A DNA stretch of 63,474 nt, filler included, from Octopus bimaculoides (Eukaryota): the NCBI RefSeq assembly GCF_001194135.2. It is 6 parts of 6 records of this genome, joined end to end, with 100 filler letters (N's around TTAATTAATTAA, not from the genome) between each part and the next. Parts side by side here need not be neighbours in the genome. Positions count along the whole stretch, not along the records: positions 62,279 to 63,474 come from NC_068992.1; 5 more parts are not named here. One strand, given 5' to 3'. Within the stretch, counting starts at the first letter, position 1. The number at the start of each line of letters is the position of its first letter. Positions 63,060 to 63,474 of this stretch are shown piece by piece. Both the position numbers and the translations under genes were made by a program. The notes beneath the pieces are model-generated. The model was not told where the DNA came from, ran no database searches, and saw nothing but the letters and a program-made list of their open reading frames with translations.

Positions 63060-63474
63060 ATTGTTGACTTTGCAGTTGGCGTAGGTTGCTGTCGTCTTTG
63101 TTGGTGTTGTTGCTGCTGCTGCTGTTATGACTATTGATGTTGTTGCTGTTTTGTTGTTGCTGTTTTGTTGCTGCTGTTTTGTTGTTGCTGTTAATCCTGC
63201 TGCTGCTGTGGTTGTTCGTGTTGTTGTTGTTGTTGTTGTTGTTGCTGTTGCTGCTGATGATGATGGTCATGCTGTTGATGTTGTTGTTCCTCTGCAGATG
63301 TTGCCCTCGTTGCCGTTATTGTTGTTGTTGTTGTTATGATTGATGTTCTTTTTGATTATGTTGTTGTTGTTGTTGTTGTTGTAAGTATCGTTGTCATTGC
63401 TTTTCGCCTTGGGGTTGTTGCAGTGGTTGCAGATGGATGCAGGCGGCGGCGGCGGCGGTGGTTGTAGTGGCATG
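63060..63474. repeat. Mixed (CAA/CAG/CCG)n trinucleotide low-complexity tract; could belong to a Q/N-rich exon extending beyond the window
   Basis: Triplet-periodic sequence, but every minus frame hits stops and no domain is recognisable. Confidence 0.7.

Overview
AT-rich, gap-riddled animal genomic DNA. It is most likely an octopus (cephalopod) draft assembly; this is inferred from the SINE families, microsatellite load and retroelement types, not proven. No intact host gene can be supported, and most of the ORF track is microsatellite or N-gap noise. The window is dominated by decayed transposons: several Penelope-like elements (PLEs; RT plus GIY-YIG), RTE, CR1/L2-like, Tx1/L1-like and R4/Dong-like LINE remnants, a POGK-type pogo transposase remnant, two hAT elements with 8-bp TSDs, a Helentron-type non-autonomous element, tRNA-derived SINEs and a degenerate ~69-bp satellite. 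The most interesting signal is not in the ORF track. About ten type-I hammerhead ribozyme (HHR) motifs can be read by eye, four with an intact catalytic core and plausible stems (3042-3113, 3664-3713, 17640-17675, 35090-35151). Most sit in or beside ORF-less foldback (long inverted-repeat) elements of about 290-810 bp at 2980-3790, 14106-14398, 17960-18358 and 34981-35355. The arms of some foldbacks show compensatory base changes in the ribozyme stems. This suggests families of non-autonomous, PLE-mobilised, ribozyme-bearing palindromic retroelements.
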